Sequence record: SRR20825019_241
Length of the DNA: 48,093 bases
Direction: 5' to 3' (one strand)
In this document: positions 47,918 to 48,093 of the stretch, one piece after another
Position numbering within the stretch: the first letter of the stretch is position 1
Layout: each line of letters begins with the position of its first letter
Program-made: the position numbers and the translations under genes
The notes under the pieces: generated by a model
The model's database searches: none
The model's input: the letters and a program-made list of their open reading frames with translations, nothing else
What the model was told of the DNA's origin: nothing

Positions 47918-48093
47918 AGAGTAATTTGGAAGGAGACCATGTTGAGATCTATAAACTGTCTAACAATCAATTATTTGTAATGGGTGTGTTTCAAATCCAC
48001 AACATCTCAAAAATCAAGTTCAGACACTACAAAAGAAATAGGTGATCTAGAAAAATCTATTTCCCCTTCCTTTAGATTTAAAACTTGTAAATT

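Noticed and set aside
1-48093. CRISPR arrays, tRNA/rRNA genes, IS elements, integrases, prophage genes
   Set aside because: No regularly spaced repeats, cloverleaf or rRNA signatures, transposase or recombinase motifs were seen on either strand.

Overview
Chromosomal window from an AT-rich Bacteroidota genome, most likely Flavobacteriales. The lineage call rests on T9SS C-terminal sorting domains, TAnnTTTG promoter boxes and the gene set. Housekeeping genes include a cystathionine gamma-synthase/lyase, a TrkA/KtrA protein, hemA-hemC-hemD, rsmI, udk, gpsA, lysC and feoAB. Accessory loci are: (i) a tightly coupled SGNH hydrolase-MMPL transporter-GT2-DUF2891 operon; (ii) five T9SS cargo proteins, comprising two tandem M43 metalloproteases, two tandem Lys-C-like S1 proteases and one repeat protein; (iii) a DUF4011/SF1 (Hhe-like) helicase with an apparently eroded nuclease tail; (iv) a stand-alone three-repeat Vps62/DUF946-like protein behind a hairpin leader; (v) a membrane LytTR regulator-TonB receptor-small membrane protein cassette with 20-bp-period operator repeats; and (vi) a toxin-antitoxin pair whose toxin is a pseudogene. 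The best unexplained signal is a candidate stand-alone structured ncRNA at about 7270-7405, with its own promoter box, nested stems and terminator. No rRNA, tRNA, CRISPR array or transposase was seen. All family assignments come from motif recognition by eye; no database searches were run.
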